From NCBI GenBank assembly GCA_039194325.1, contig JBCCWC010000001.1, forward strand, positions 96,001-160,000: 64,000 bases of DNA, given 5' to 3'. Both the position numbers and the translations under genes were made by a program. Below are positions 49,526-60,103 of the stretch, piece after piece. The first letter of the stretch is position 1. The number at the start of each line of letters is the position of its first letter. Origin of the DNA: Myxococcota bacterium (GTDB taxonomy: Bacteria > Myxococcota_A > Polyangia > Nannocystales > Nannocystaceae). The notes below the pieces were generated by a model, which made no database searches, had not been told where the DNA came from, and saw nothing but the letters and a program-made list of their open reading frames with translations.

Positions 49526-50662
49526 CTACTTCCCCGCCACGATGTAGACCAGCCAGGACTCCTGATTCTCTTCTTTCTCGGTCGCGCGGTACTCGCCCGT
49601 GCCGTCTCCATCGTCGTCGGTCTCTTCCCAGTACACTCGCGCGCTGGAGAAGCCCACCTCATACAGTAGCTCGCGCAGCTCGGCGATGGTCCACAGCCGC
49701 CAGTCGTAGGTGAAGGCTTTTTCGATCTTCGAGCCGTCTTCGAACTCGAAGTGGATATGACACAGCGTCTCGTGGGTGATGGGGTTGTAGTCGGCCTGTT
49801 GCCACACGTAGGTGAAGTCGTCGACTGCTTCGGTCTCGTCTTCGATCTCGCGCTCGTCGACCACGTCGACCACCGCCTCGGTCCCCCCGTAGAGCTCGGT
49901 GATGAACATGCCGTCGTCGGCCAGGTGTTCGTAGACGACCTCGAGGTAGCGCTTGAGCTCCGCCCGGGTCTTGAACACCCCGTAGCTAAAGTTCATCGCA
50001 CAGGTGATGTCGGCCGGCTCGCCGCCCCCGTCGAGCACGTTGGCTTGGCGCAGGTCCACCCGGGCTCGCTGCTCATCGGTCAGCGGCGCCAGGTTGTGCG
50101 TACGCCCCCAGTCGAGGGTGGCCTCGTCGAGATCTACCCCCACCGCCCGGCGGTCGTCGGCCGTGGTGACCCAGGTAGACCCGAGGAACGCGGTACCGCA
50201 AAAGTCCTCGCGCAGCACCGTGGGCAAGCGCCCCCGCAGTTCCTCGTAGCGCGCAGTGAAGAACTCGATGTCGGCCTCGGGGCTCTGCACGGAGAGCTGA
50301 TAGAGGATGTGGCGATCGGATCGATCCGCCCGAGTCAGCGCCTTTTTCTTCTTGGGCTTCTTCGCCTCGGACTTCTTCGCCTTCTTGGGCTTGGCCTTCT
50401 CGCCCGTAGCTTTCTTGGGCTTGTCCTTCTTCTTGCCCGCGGTCTTCTTCTTGCCCGCGGCCTTCTTCTTGCCTGCGGCCTTCTTCTTGCCCGCGGCCTT
50501 CTTCTTGTCCGTGGCCTTCTTCTTGCCCGTGGCCTTCTTCTTGCCCGCAGCCTTCTTCTTGCCTGCGGCCTTCTTCTTGCCCGCGGCCTTCTTCTTGCCC
50601 GCGGCCTTCTTCTTGCCCGCGGCCTTCTTCTTGCCCGTAGTCTTCTTCTTCGGCTTGGCCAT
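49526..50662 (-). CDS. Class I SAM-dependent methyltransferase with Lys-rich histone-H1-like N-terminal tail
   Basis: HILYQLSVQSP..D, LREDFCGT, GVDLD, AMNFSY, AFTYDWRLWT; N-terminal KKKAAG repeats; start at ATG 50662. Confidence 0.85.
   Translation of the reverse strand: MAKPKKKTTGKKKAAGKKKAAGKKKAAGKKKAAGKKKAAGKKKATGKKKATDKKKAAGKKKAAGKKKAAGKKKTAGKKKDKPKKATGEKAKPKKAKKSEAKKPKKKKALTRADRSDRHILYQLSVQSPEADIEFFTARYEELRGRLPTVLREDFCGTAFLGSTWVTTADDRRAVGVDLDEATLDWGRTHNLAPLTDEQRARVDLRQANVLDGGGEPADITCAMNFSYGVFKTRAELKRYLEVVYEHLADDGMFITELYGGTEAVVDVVDEREIEDETEAVDDFTYVWQQADYNPITHETLCHIHFEFEDGSKIEKAFTYDWRLWTIAELRELLYEVGFSSARVYWEETDDDGDGTGEYRATEKEENQESWLVYIVAGK
50426..50650. repeat. 18-bp coding tandem repeat (KKKAAG-type x12)
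   Basis: cttcttcttgcccgcggc units on the plus strand. Confidence 0.9.
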
Positions 50663-50667
50663 CTCGT

Positions 50668-51501
50668 TCACCGCTCCGCCACGATGTACGTCCAAAAGGA
50701 CTCCTGGTTGTCTACGGTCTTCGGCTCGCGGAACTTCCCCGTACCCTCGCCCTCCTCGTCGGTGCGCTCCCACAACAGGCGCACCCGGGAGAAGCCCGCC
50801 TCGTAGAGCGCATCGCGGACCTCGGGGCAGGTCCACATGCGCCACTCGTAGTAGAAGGCGTCCTCGATCCGAGAGCCATCGGGAAAGTCGAAGCAGATCG
50901 CGCAGGCCAGGTGGTGGTTGAGCGGATCGAAGCACCGTTGCTCCCACCGATAGGTGAACCCGTCGATCTCACGCCGGTTGACCTCCTCTTGCATCGACTC
51001 CCAGCCCCCCACGATGTCGAGGATCAGCAGGCCGTCGTCGACCAGCCCCTCCCGCGCGGTCCTAAAGTAGCGGATCAGCTGGTCGCGCTCGCGAAACGCG
51101 AAGTAGGAGAAGTTCAGGCCAACGGCCAGATCGACCTTGGGGCCCGCGCCCACGAGCACATCGGCTCGGTGGAGAGCCACGCGGTCGGCGGCCCCCGCCG
51201 GCTCGATGCGGTTGGCCATGCCCCAGTCCATCGTCGCCTGGTCGAGGTCGAGCCCCACCGCGGTACGCCCGGGCTTGGACTGCACCCACGCCAGGCTCAG
51301 CACCGCGGTGCCGCAAAAGTCCTCGCGCAGCGACATGGCGTGGCGCTTGCGGTAGCGCTTGAACAACCGGGCCAGGGTCTCAGCGTCGACCTCCGGAGCC
51401 TGCACCGAGCGCTCGTAGAGATCGTGGCGATCGGCCAGGGCCGCCATGCTCTTGCGGCGATGCTTGGGGCGGATGCGAGGGGATGGAAGAGCTCGGCTCA
51501 T
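50668..51501 (-). CDS. Class I SAM-dependent methyltransferase (paralogue of the downstream gene)
   Basis: DRHDLYERSVQAP, LREDFCGT, GLDLD, GLNFSY, AFYYEWRMWT. Confidence 0.87.
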   Translation of the reverse strand: MSRALPSPRIRPKHRRKSMAALADRHDLYERSVQAPEVDAETLARLFKRYRKRHAMSLREDFCGTAVLSLAWVQSKPGRTAVGLDLDQATMDWGMANRIEPAGAADRVALHRADVLVGAGPKVDLAVGLNFSYFAFRERDQLIRYFRTAREGLVDDGLLILDIVGGWESMQEEVNRREIDGFTYRWEQRCFDPLNHHLACAICFDFPDGSRIEDAFYYEWRMWTCPEVRDALYEAGFSRVRLLWERTDEEGEGTGKFREPKTVDNQESFWTYIVAER

Positions 51502-51620
51502 GCGCGGGAGCAGCCTGCCGTGCCGATCGCCGAAGAGCAAGAGCAGGAGATCTCGCCTCGAGCACCCCCGCAAGCCCCCAGCACCCCGAGGCCATCGCGG
51601 AGCGTTGGCGCCGGGGTCGA

Positions 51621-52106
51621 TTACCCCCCGAGGTATCGGGTCAGGCCGTTGTAGGCCTCGGTCAAGCGCCGGGTGATCTCGGTCGCCGCCGCTTGCTTCT
51701 CCGGATCATTGGCGAACTTGTCGGGGTGATACTGCAATAGCGCCTTGCGGTAGGCCCGACGCACCGCCTTGAGATCGGATCCCGGGGGTACCTCGAGGGT
51801 CTTGTACCAGCGCCTCCGGTCGGCGGCGGGATCGGAGGGCGGCTCCCCCCGCACCCCGGCCCGGGCCTTGGCGGACTCGTAGGCCCGCTCCCACGCATCC
51901 TCGGCCGCGTCGCGGACCTTTCGGGCCCTACGTCCCGCCTTGGTCCCCACGGACTCGGGCTCGGGGTCGTCGTCGTCGTTGTTGTTGTCCTCGTCCTCGT
52001 CCCGGCGAGAGGTCAATAGATCGCGCCGGTGATCGCGATCGAAGGCCGAGCGAAAATCGGTGAGGTTGGATCGAGCCAGGTCGATGATCCGCTTGCCGAT
52101 GCTCAT
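51621..52106 (-). CDS. J-domain (DnaJ-like) protein
   Basis: WYKTLEV..VRRAYRKALLQYHPDK..ATEITRRLTEAY. Confidence 0.9.
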   Translation of the reverse strand: MSIGKRIIDLARSNLTDFRSAFDRDHRRDLLTSRRDEDEDNNNDDDDPEPESVGTKAGRRARKVRDAAEDAWERAYESAKARAGVRGEPPSDPAADRRRWYKTLEVPPGSDLKAVRRAYRKALLQYHPDKFANDPEKQAAATEITRRLTEAYNGLTRYLGG

Positions 52107-52110
52107 GGCA

Positions 52111-52593
52111 TCAATGCTCCGATTCGTCCATGTCCGTGGAGCGACTCCCCGGCATCGGGGGCGGCCGGAAGGTGGTCGTCCCGTGCTCCGGGGGCGGTGG
52201 GGGTATGGGCCCCAAGTCCCCGCTATTGTCGGGGAGAATGGCCTCCGCCTCCAGAGGGGGCCCCGAGTCCCGGGGGCGCTGGCGGCTGACCACGTCGTTG
52301 ACCTTCAGGATCATCTCGGGGGCCAGCTCGGTGAACTCGATGCCCATGCCCGAGGGATCGTTCTGCTGGCGAACGACCCGCCCCTGGCCTTCGATGATCA
52401 CCGGATCGTCGAGCAACACGGTGAAGCGCAGCTTGAGGATCCGCCCCAGAGGGGCCGGCGACGGGGTGTGCACAAACACCCCAAACTCGGAGAGATCGGA
52501 GATGTAGGTGGCCGAGGGCATGGTGGCGAACTCCGCGTTGATGCGAATTCGCTCGGCGCGGCGCCGTTCGCTCTCCTCGCGCTCGTCCATCAT
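52111..52593 (-). CDS. PilZ domain protein
   Basis: ERRRAER (RxxxR), DLSEFG (DxSxxG), GMGIEF. Confidence 0.88.
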   Translation of the reverse strand: MMDEREESERRRAERIRINAEFATMPSATYISDLSEFGVFVHTPSPAPLGRILKLRFTVLLDDPVIIEGQGRVVRQQNDPSGMGIEFTELAPEMILKVNDVVSRQRPRDSGPPLEAEAILPDNSGDLGPIPPPPPEHGTTTFRPPPMPGSRSTDMDESEH

Positions 52594-52634
52594 CGCGTAC
52601 CCGACCCGACCCTCTCGCTCGGCCCCGGTGGCCC

Positions 52635-54338
52635 CTAGGCCTCGCCCGCGGGAGAGGCCACCGCCTCGGTTGGCACCGACGCCACCTCGGGTGGAGAGGC
52701 GACCGCCTCGGTCGGCACCGACGCCTCGACCGGAGCCGTCTGGGCAGGCGAGACCGCAACCGGCGCGGCCGACTCGGCGGCCCCCTCCTCGCCTCGCCCC
52801 CGACGTCGCCGTTTGCTCGCCCGCTGGCCGGGGACCTTGCCCTTGATCTCGAATTGCTCGATATGAAAGCCCTTGCGGGCGTGGATCTCGATGGCGCGGT
52901 GGATCCGCTTGACCATGTCGTCGACCGCCGGACCTTCGGGGCCCCGCATCAGATCGGCGACCTCGGGGTTGGCGTGCACCATCACCGCGTCCCCCCCGAT
53001 CACCGCGGCATCCCGCCGGATCTGCCGCAGGATCTCGTAGGCTATTGTGCTGGCGCTCTTGGTGTAGCCCTTGCCGTTGCAGTAGCTACACGACGAGGTC
53101 ATGTGACGCCCCAGGCTCTCCTTGGTGCGCTTGCGGCTCATCTCCACCAGGCCCATCTCGGAGATCTTGGTGATGTGAGCCTTGGCCCGATCCTTGCGTA
53201 AGACCTCTTGGAGCTTGCGGTAGACCTTGCGCCGGTTGGACTCCTTGTCCATGTCGATGAAGTCGATGATCACCAGCCCGCCGAGGTTGCGCAGGCGCAG
53301 CTGATCGCCGATCTCCACCGCGGCCTCGAGGTTGGTCTTGGTGATCGTCTCCTCGAGGGTCTTGCCCTTGGCGCCCACGAACTTGCCCGTGTTGACGTCG
53401 ATGGCGGTCAGCGCCTCGCCCTGGTCGAAGACCAGCGAGCCGCCGCTGGGCAGCGAGACCTTGCGCTCCAGGGCGCGGTCGATCTCTTGCTCGATCCCGT
53501 AGCCGTCGAAGATCGGCTCGCGACCGTGGTAGAGCTCGATCTTGTCGGCGTAGTCGGGCATGAAGGTCCGCACGAAGCGGAGCAGCCGCTCGTGCTCGAC
53601 CCGGTCGTCACAGATCACCCGGTCGAGCTCGGGCGAGAGGTTGTCCCGCACGACCCGCAGCATCAGATCGAGATCGCGATAAAGCCGCACCGGCGCGCGG
53701 TGGATCTGCTCGTTGGCCTTGATGTTGGCCCACAGCCGCAGCAGGTAGTCCATGTCGGCCCGGACCTGCCCGTTGGTGGCGTTCTCGGCCACCGTACGCA
53801 CGATGAAGCCGGCCCCCTTGGGGCGCATCTGGTCGACCAGCCGCCGCAGCCGTCGACGATCGCGGTCCTTGGCGATCCGACGGGAGATCCCGATGTGGCT
53901 GACCGTGGGCATGAAGACCACGTTGCGACCGGGCAAGGAGATATAGGAGGTGATGCGGGCGCCCTTGTTGGAGATCGGGTCCTTGACGACCTGAACGAGG
54001 ATCTCCTGGCCGGGTCGGACGAGCTTCGCGATCTCGGCGGGCTTGCCGGAGCGCCGGGGGATCGAGTCGCCCACGTGGGGCTTGTCGTCCTTGCCGTTGC
54101 TCTCGTCGGGCGACGCGATGTCGCCCGCGTACAGGAATGCGGCCTTCTCCTCGCCGATATCGACGAAGGCGGCCTGCATACCGGGAAGGACCCGAAGGAC
54201 CTTCCCCTTGTACACATTGCCCACCGTTCCACGGGCCCGGTCGCGTTCCACATAGAGCTCGGAGAGGATTCCGTTCTCAATGAGCGCGACCCGGGTGTCG
54301 GGGCCGTCCGCGTTTACTACGATGACGGACTCTGGCAC
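52635..54338 (-). CDS. rng: Rne/Rng family ribonuclease (RNase G)
   Basis: GNVYKGKV.RVLPGMQAAFVDIG, QVVKDPI..KGARIT, LPSGGSL, EALTAIDVNTG, LRLRNLGG..IIDFIDM, CSYC.GKG. Confidence 0.95.
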   Translation of the reverse strand: MPESVIVVNADGPDTRVALIENGILSELYVERDRARGTVGNVYKGKVLRVLPGMQAAFVDIGEEKAAFLYAGDIASPDESNGKDDKPHVGDSIPRRSGKPAEIAKLVRPGQEILVQVVKDPISNKGARITSYISLPGRNVVFMPTVSHIGISRRIAKDRDRRRLRRLVDQMRPKGAGFIVRTVAENATNGQVRADMDYLLRLWANIKANEQIHRAPVRLYRDLDLMLRVVRDNLSPELDRVICDDRVEHERLLRFVRTFMPDYADKIELYHGREPIFDGYGIEQEIDRALERKVSLPSGGSLVFDQGEALTAIDVNTGKFVGAKGKTLEETITKTNLEAAVEIGDQLRLRNLGGLVIIDFIDMDKESNRRKVYRKLQEVLRKDRAKAHITKISEMGLVEMSRKRTKESLGRHMTSSCSYCNGKGYTKSASTIAYEILRQIRRDAAVIGGDAVMVHANPEVADLMRGPEGPAVDDMVKRIHRAIEIHARKGFHIEQFEIKGKVPGQRASKRRRRGRGEEGAAESAAPVAVSPAQTAPVEASVPTEAVASPPEVASVPTEAVASPAGEA

Positions 54339-54636
54339 GGTGTTGTTGTTGGGTGAGTAGAGGTCGGAGTAAGGGCCATGCGCGAAAGTAGCCCGCGAGG
54401 AGATCCCACGAGCCCTCGGCCGTAGGCGCCGCCGCTCGTCAGAGCGCGCATGGCTCGGCCCGGAGTCGGGCCGATGGTTCGGCGCAGTGTTCGGACCGAT
54501 GTTCGGGCCGATCGGCCCGATGTTCGGGAGAAATGTTCGGACAAATGCGGGGTCTTCGCCAGTCCCCAGACGGGCAGGACCGACCGCGACCCGAGGTCTA
54601 GCATCGCACGAGCGCCGATGCTATGGCTGCCAAACC

Positions 54637-55809
54637 GTGGATCTACGCCCCTCGATCGCCAGTTTCTCCTTTGATGCCGCACGGTTCGAGCAACTCCGCC
54701 AGCGCGTGACCAGCGGAGAGCTCGATCCCGCGGCCAACCGGCTTTCGCGCGCCCCCACGCCCCTGGCGAAGCCCCCCGCCGACCTGCGACCCGGGGCCCC
54801 GGGGGTCTCCGAGCGTCGCGCCCGGGGTGAACAGGCCCTGCGCGCGGGCAAGGTGGCGATCTTGGTCCTCAACGGCGGCATGGCCACCCGCTTCGGCGGC
54901 GGGGCCAAGGGCGTGGTCTCGGTGGTCGAGGGCCAGCCCACGGCGAGCTTCTTGGCGGTGAAGCTAGGCCAGGTGCGCACCGCCGCCGCCGCCCTGGGTG
55001 GCCGGATCCCGGTGGTCCTCATGCACAGCTTCGCCACGCTGGGCCCCAGCGACGAGCACCTGACCCAGATCGACTGGTCGGGCGTTCACCAGGGCGACCG
55101 GGATCACTTCAGCCAGTCGATCATGCCGCGGGTCCTGCCCGACGGGACGCCGCTGGCCGACCTGCCCGAGGCGGCCGACCTGCCCGACACCTCGCTGTAC
55201 TCGGCGCCCGGTCACGGCGACACCTTGGGGCGCCTGCGCGGCAGCGGAGCCCTGGGGCGCCTGCGCGAGCGCGGCGTAGAGCACGTGCTGGTGTCCAACG
55301 TCGACAACCTCGGGGCGTCGCTCGACCCGGTGGTGGTCGGGGCCCACCTCGAGGCCGTCGACGAAGGCGCGAAGATCAGCGTGGAGGTGGTCCGGCGCGA
55401 GCCTGGTGACGCCGGGGGCTGTGTGGCCGTGCTCGAGGACGGCACCGCGGCCATCGTGGAGGCCTTCCGGCTGCCCGAAGGGGTCGACCTGGCCGACTAC
55501 CCGCACTTCAACACCAACACCTTGTGGCTTCACGCCGAGGCGGTGGACCGCGAGATCCCCCTGACCTGGTTTGCCGTGCGCAAGAAGATCGACTGGCCCG
55601 ACGCCAGCAAGACCGGCGACGACGGCAAGCTCGAGGTCGTGCAGTTCGAGCGACTGATCGGCCAGGTGACCGAGAGCCTGCCCAGCGCCTACCTCGAGGT
55701 GGATCGCCGGGCGAGGTTCTGCCCGATCAAGGTCCGCGACGACCTGCGCAAGGAAGCCCCGATGCTGGAGAGCTTCGCCCGCGACGCCGGCGTCGTGGAG
55801 GCCGGGTAA
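54637..55809 (+). CDS. UTP--glucose-1-phosphate uridylyltransferase family (UDPGP)
   Basis: LNGGMATRFGG..KG, APGHGD, VSNVDNLGA, FNTNTLW, QFERL, RFCPIK; GTG start at 54637. Confidence 0.85.
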   Translation: MDLRPSIASFSFDAARFEQLRQRVTSGELDPAANRLSRAPTPLAKPPADLRPGAPGVSERRARGEQALRAGKVAILVLNGGMATRFGGGAKGVVSVVEGQPTASFLAVKLGQVRTAAAALGGRIPVVLMHSFATLGPSDEHLTQIDWSGVHQGDRDHFSQSIMPRVLPDGTPLADLPEAADLPDTSLYSAPGHGDTLGRLRGSGALGRLRERGVEHVLVSNVDNLGASLDPVVVGAHLEAVDEGAKISVEVVRREPGDAGGCVAVLEDGTAAIVEAFRLPEGVDLADYPHFNTNTLWLHAEAVDREIPLTWFAVRKKIDWPDASKTGDDGKLEVVQFERLIGQVTESLPSAYLEVDRRARFCPIKVRDDLRKEAPMLESFARDAGVVEAG

Positions 55810-55827
55810 GGTAGGATCTCCAGCGCG

Positions 55828-56850
<1,023 letters not shown>

Positions 56851-56856
56851 CCGAGC

Positions 56857-57405
56857 ATGCAGATCTTTCACGAGGGCAGCCTGGAGCTACGCTTTCCCGA
56901 TGAGGCCCGGGTCCTTCGCTGGGACACCGACGTCGCGTATCAACGCGGCTTGCAACGCCGAGCCGACACCAAGGCGGTCGATTTCTGTCTGTTGACGCCC
57001 ACCGGTGAGCCCGTGCTGCTCGAGCTGTCCGATCTGCGTGGATACCGGATCGAGAACAAGGCTCACCTCGCCAGCGGCGGCATGGCCCTCGAGGTGGCCC
57101 AGAAGGTTCGCGACTCGCTATCGGGCATGATCTGGGCATGCGAGCGTGGCCTCTCCGAGTTCGACCGATTCGAACGACTGGTTCATCGGTTCGCCAACCG
57201 AGCGCAGAAGCTCCGCGTCGTGCTGTGGCTCGAGGAGGATCGCTCGGCCGATCCCGGCTCGGCCGACGCGCTCGGCTCCGCCATTCGCGGTCGGCTGCGG
57301 TCGTGGCTCAACGCCCAGGTCATCGTGACGTCGCGAGAGCTCGAGCAGCAGACCAACCATCCCCTGGACTGGCTCGAGGTGCGCGGCTCGCCTCTCGCTC
57401 CCTGA
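56857..57405 (+). CDS. Hypothetical protein, PD-(D/E)XK nuclease-like partner of the ATPase
   Basis: KAVDFCLL...VLLELSDLRG, EVAQKVRDSL, VVLWLEED; 6 nt after the ATPase stop. Confidence 0.6.
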   Translation: MQIFHEGSLELRFPDEARVLRWDTDVAYQRGLQRRADTKAVDFCLLTPTGEPVLLELSDLRGYRIENKAHLASGGMALEVAQKVRDSLSGMIWACERGLSEFDRFERLVHRFANRAQKLRVVLWLEEDRSADPGSADALGSAIRGRLRSWLNAQVIVTSRELEQQTNHPLDWLEVRGSPLAP

Positions 57406-57572
57406 CGTCCGACCGCGACCCCGGAACGACCCCCCTGGCCCGGAGTTCCGGTCCGCGTGACTGAGGGCACGTGGGCCGGCCTTCGGACGTGAGAAACCCG
57501 TGCGCCAGGCCCCCAGGTCGGCTCGGGCGAGGCCCCTTCCCCCGACCCCGGGCCTCTTGTAAGGTCCGCCCG

Positions 57573-58073
57573 ATGGCGTTCGAGTACGAGCCCGGCATCT
57601 ACAAGACCACCAAGTACCTTCCGGGGAACGAGGCGCAGGTTGGTCCCGACCAGCTCATCCTCATTCGCACCGACGGGGACTTCGCGCCGGCCTCCGTGCT
57701 GCTGCCGGTCGCCAACACCAACAACCAGTGGCGCTTCCAGATGCCGGGCGTCAAGATCCCGGCCACTTCGCTCAACTGGGGCGAAACCCTGGTCAAGCTG
57801 CCGCACGAGGGCTTCTACCGCCTGACCCGCGAGTTCACCTTCGGGGACAAAGGCAAGTGGATCGAGAACGCCATCGTCCAGCTGGGCTACACCCGCAAGG
57901 GCGAGCCGATCCTCTTCATCGCCCAGCGCCGTAGCCCGCTGACCAGCAACGAGCTGTGGTTCTCGGACAAGGGCGTGAAGATCGAGCTGGAGCAAGTCGA
58001 CGAGATGCTCCAGCCGCTGGCTTGGTACCAGGAGCCCGAGAAGAAAGACGACGCCACGTCGGAAGCGAACTAG
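57573..58073 (+). CDS. Hypothetical protein
   Basis: MAFEYEPGIYKTT..NNQWRF..LPHEGFYRL..VQLGY...GEPILF; strong codon bias. Confidence 0.75.
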   Translation: MAFEYEPGIYKTTKYLPGNEAQVGPDQLILIRTDGDFAPASVLLPVANTNNQWRFQMPGVKIPATSLNWGETLVKLPHEGFYRLTREFTFGDKGKWIENAIVQLGYTRKGEPILFIAQRRSPLTSNELWFSDKGVKIELEQVDEMLQPLAWYQEPEKKDDATSEAN

Positions 58074-58236
58074 CGCTTCGGCTCGGGTCAGGCGGGTAAT
58101 CCAGCGCCCACGCTCGTCGCGGCCAAAGCGGCCGACGGCAACCAACCGCAACGACGGCGGGGGCTCCGCCGATCTCACGCATAGGATCGAGCGCTTGCGG
58201 CTGCGCCGCGTGGCACATTCATGCAATCATGCCCTC

Positions 58237-59088
58237 ATGCGAAGGGCTGGACGGCACCTCGGCGTGATCATGACACTGATGGTGACCGGCAGCTGCGCGC
58301 AGGGGATATCCGAAGGCACGACGAACGCCACCTTCGGGCCCGGGCCCGTCCCGACCACGGGCAGGCCAGGCACCAACGACTCCACCGGCTTCGATTTCAC
58401 CACCGGTGGCCGACCCGACGGCACCGACACGATCACCACCCGGCCGCCCGATCCGAGCACCGGGTCGACGGGCCAGGTCGACACCAGCTCGGACACGAGT
58501 GGCGAATGCGGCGACGGGGTCGCCGACCCGGGTGAAGAGTGCGACCGCGACGATCTACTCGGGCTCGGTTGTGCCGATGTCGACCCCATGTTCACCGGGG
58601 GTACCTTGTCCTGCACCGCGCGGTGCACCTTCGACACCTCGCGCTGCGGCGCGGCGCCCAATCCCATTGCGCAGTGCTCGAACCCCAATGCCCTGATTCC
58701 CGACGACGACCCCACCGGCTTGACCGACACGATCGTGCTCCCCCCCGAGTTCTTGGGCGGGACGATCACCGACGTCAACATCGAGGTCGAGCTCGACCAC
58801 ACCTTCATCGGTGACCTGGTGATCGATGTGAGCCACGCGGGAACATCGACCGTTCTCCATAATTTCTGCATCAGCGAAGACAACATCCACGTCCTCTACG
58901 ACGACCAAGCCGGGAGCGAGTTCGATTGCGGCCAATCCGACCTGGGCCTGCCGGTCCAGCCCTTCGGCACGCTCGCCGATCTGGACGACGCACGGGTCGA
59001 GACCGACTGGACCCTCTTCATCGAGGATCAGGCGCTCCAAGACGTCGGCACGCTGACCCGCTGGTGCGTGACGATCAGCTGGATGTGA
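58237..59088 (+). CDS. Lipoprotein with Cys-rich repeat and proprotein convertase P-domain
   Basis: Lipobox TGSC, Thr-rich linker, CGDG..E.CD repeat, IPDDD, DVNIEVELDHTFIGDL, WTLFIED....DVGTL..W. Confidence 0.85.
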   Translation: MRRAGRHLGVIMTLMVTGSCAQGISEGTTNATFGPGPVPTTGRPGTNDSTGFDFTTGGRPDGTDTITTRPPDPSTGSTGQVDTSSDTSGECGDGVADPGEECDRDDLLGLGCADVDPMFTGGTLSCTARCTFDTSRCGAAPNPIAQCSNPNALIPDDDPTGLTDTIVLPPEFLGGTITDVNIEVELDHTFIGDLVIDVSHAGTSTVLHNFCISEDNIHVLYDDQAGSEFDCGQSDLGLPVQPFGTLADLDDARVETDWTLFIEDQALQDVGTLTRWCVTISWM

Positions 59089-59124
59089 GGGCGGCGGCGT
59101 GGGGGTCTTGGGCGCAGTGCTCGT

Positions 59125-60066
59125 CTAGCGATCTTCGCCAGACCATGTGTCCATGGCGTGAGCGTGGCGGGACTCGGAGGGGCTGGGCCCAGATCCTGCG
59201 CCGGACCTGGCCGCCGCTTGCACCGCGGCGAGGACCTGCTGCTGAACCTGTGGATCCTGCACCGTTCGATGCAGCCTAAAGGGCCGACATTTCGTGTTGA
59301 ACGAACCACCGGCGACGCCTTCGAGCTTTGCCGTGGTGGCGGCCCATACGCTCGAGCGCGAGGCTTTCGCGGCGCTCTTGACCCCGTCGTCGGTCATTTG
59401 CCGGGAGAACAGAGGCCACAGCGGACGCATCCACCAGGGGAGCATCGACCGGGTCATGGCGCGAGTCATCGGGGTGGACGCCCCTCCCGGATGGACGATG
59501 TTCAAGAGCACACCGCGCTCCGCGAGCCGCGGCGCGAGCGCGAGGCTCATCGCTTCCATCGCCCGCTTGGAGTGACTATAGGTCCCCAAACCGCGATAGC
59601 CCCGCTCCGCCTGGAGATCACCGAGGTCGACCCCGCCGATCGGTGCACCGCCGGTCACGTTGACCACCCGGGCGGATCCGGCTGCTTCCAAGGAAGGCAA
59701 CAGCGCGAGGGTCAACCGGTAGGGCGCCACCACGTTGACCGCAAAATGGAGCTCCACGCCGTCCTCGGTGGTCCGACGGTCGTCGGCCAGGACCCCCGCG
59801 TTGTTGATGAGCACGTCGATCCGCGGGAAGCGTCGTTGCAGGTCGGCGGCCAGCGCCAACGTCTCGGACGCCGACGCGAGATCTCCCGGCGCAAAATGTA
59901 CCTCCTCGTGACCGCTTTGCCGACGGATCTCGGCGACGGCTTCGGCGCCACGTCGAGCATCGCGACCCGTCACGACCACTCGCCACCCCTGTTGGGCCAG
60001 GGTCGTCGCGGTCTGCAGACCGATGCCTGCCGTACCTCCAGTAATCACACTCGTAGACGTCATCAT
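59125..60066 (-). CDS. SDR oxidoreductase (retinol dehydrogenase-like)
   Basis: ITGGTAGIG, IDVLINNAG, TEDGVELHFAVN, YSHSK (YxxxK). Confidence 0.9.
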   Translation of the reverse strand: MMTSTSVITGGTAGIGLQTATTLAQQGWRVVVTGRDARRGAEAVAEIRRQSGHEEVHFAPGDLASASETLALAADLQRRFPRIDVLINNAGVLADDRRTTEDGVELHFAVNVVAPYRLTLALLPSLEAAGSARVVNVTGGAPIGGVDLGDLQAERGYRGLGTYSHSKRAMEAMSLALAPRLAERGVLLNIVHPGGASTPMTRAMTRSMLPWWMRPLWPLFSRQMTDDGVKSAAKASRSSVWAATTAKLEGVAGGSFNTKCRPFRLHRTVQDPQVQQQVLAAVQAAARSGAGSGPSPSESRHAHAMDTWSGEDR

Positions 60067-60103
60067 GATCTCTGCCTTTCGAGGTCGCGGTCCTCACAGC
60101 CCA

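Noticed and set aside
49526..51501. Sterol C-24 methyltransferases, given the adjacent DHCR24
   Set aside because: They lack the SMT motifs (YEYGWG, LDVGCGVGGP, IEATCHAP) and belong to a different LREDFCGT-type family
58211..58225. Sigma54 promoter TGGCACATTCATGCA (and similar near 40476 and 38302)
   Set aside because: GG-to-GC spacing is off by one or the -12 GC is missing
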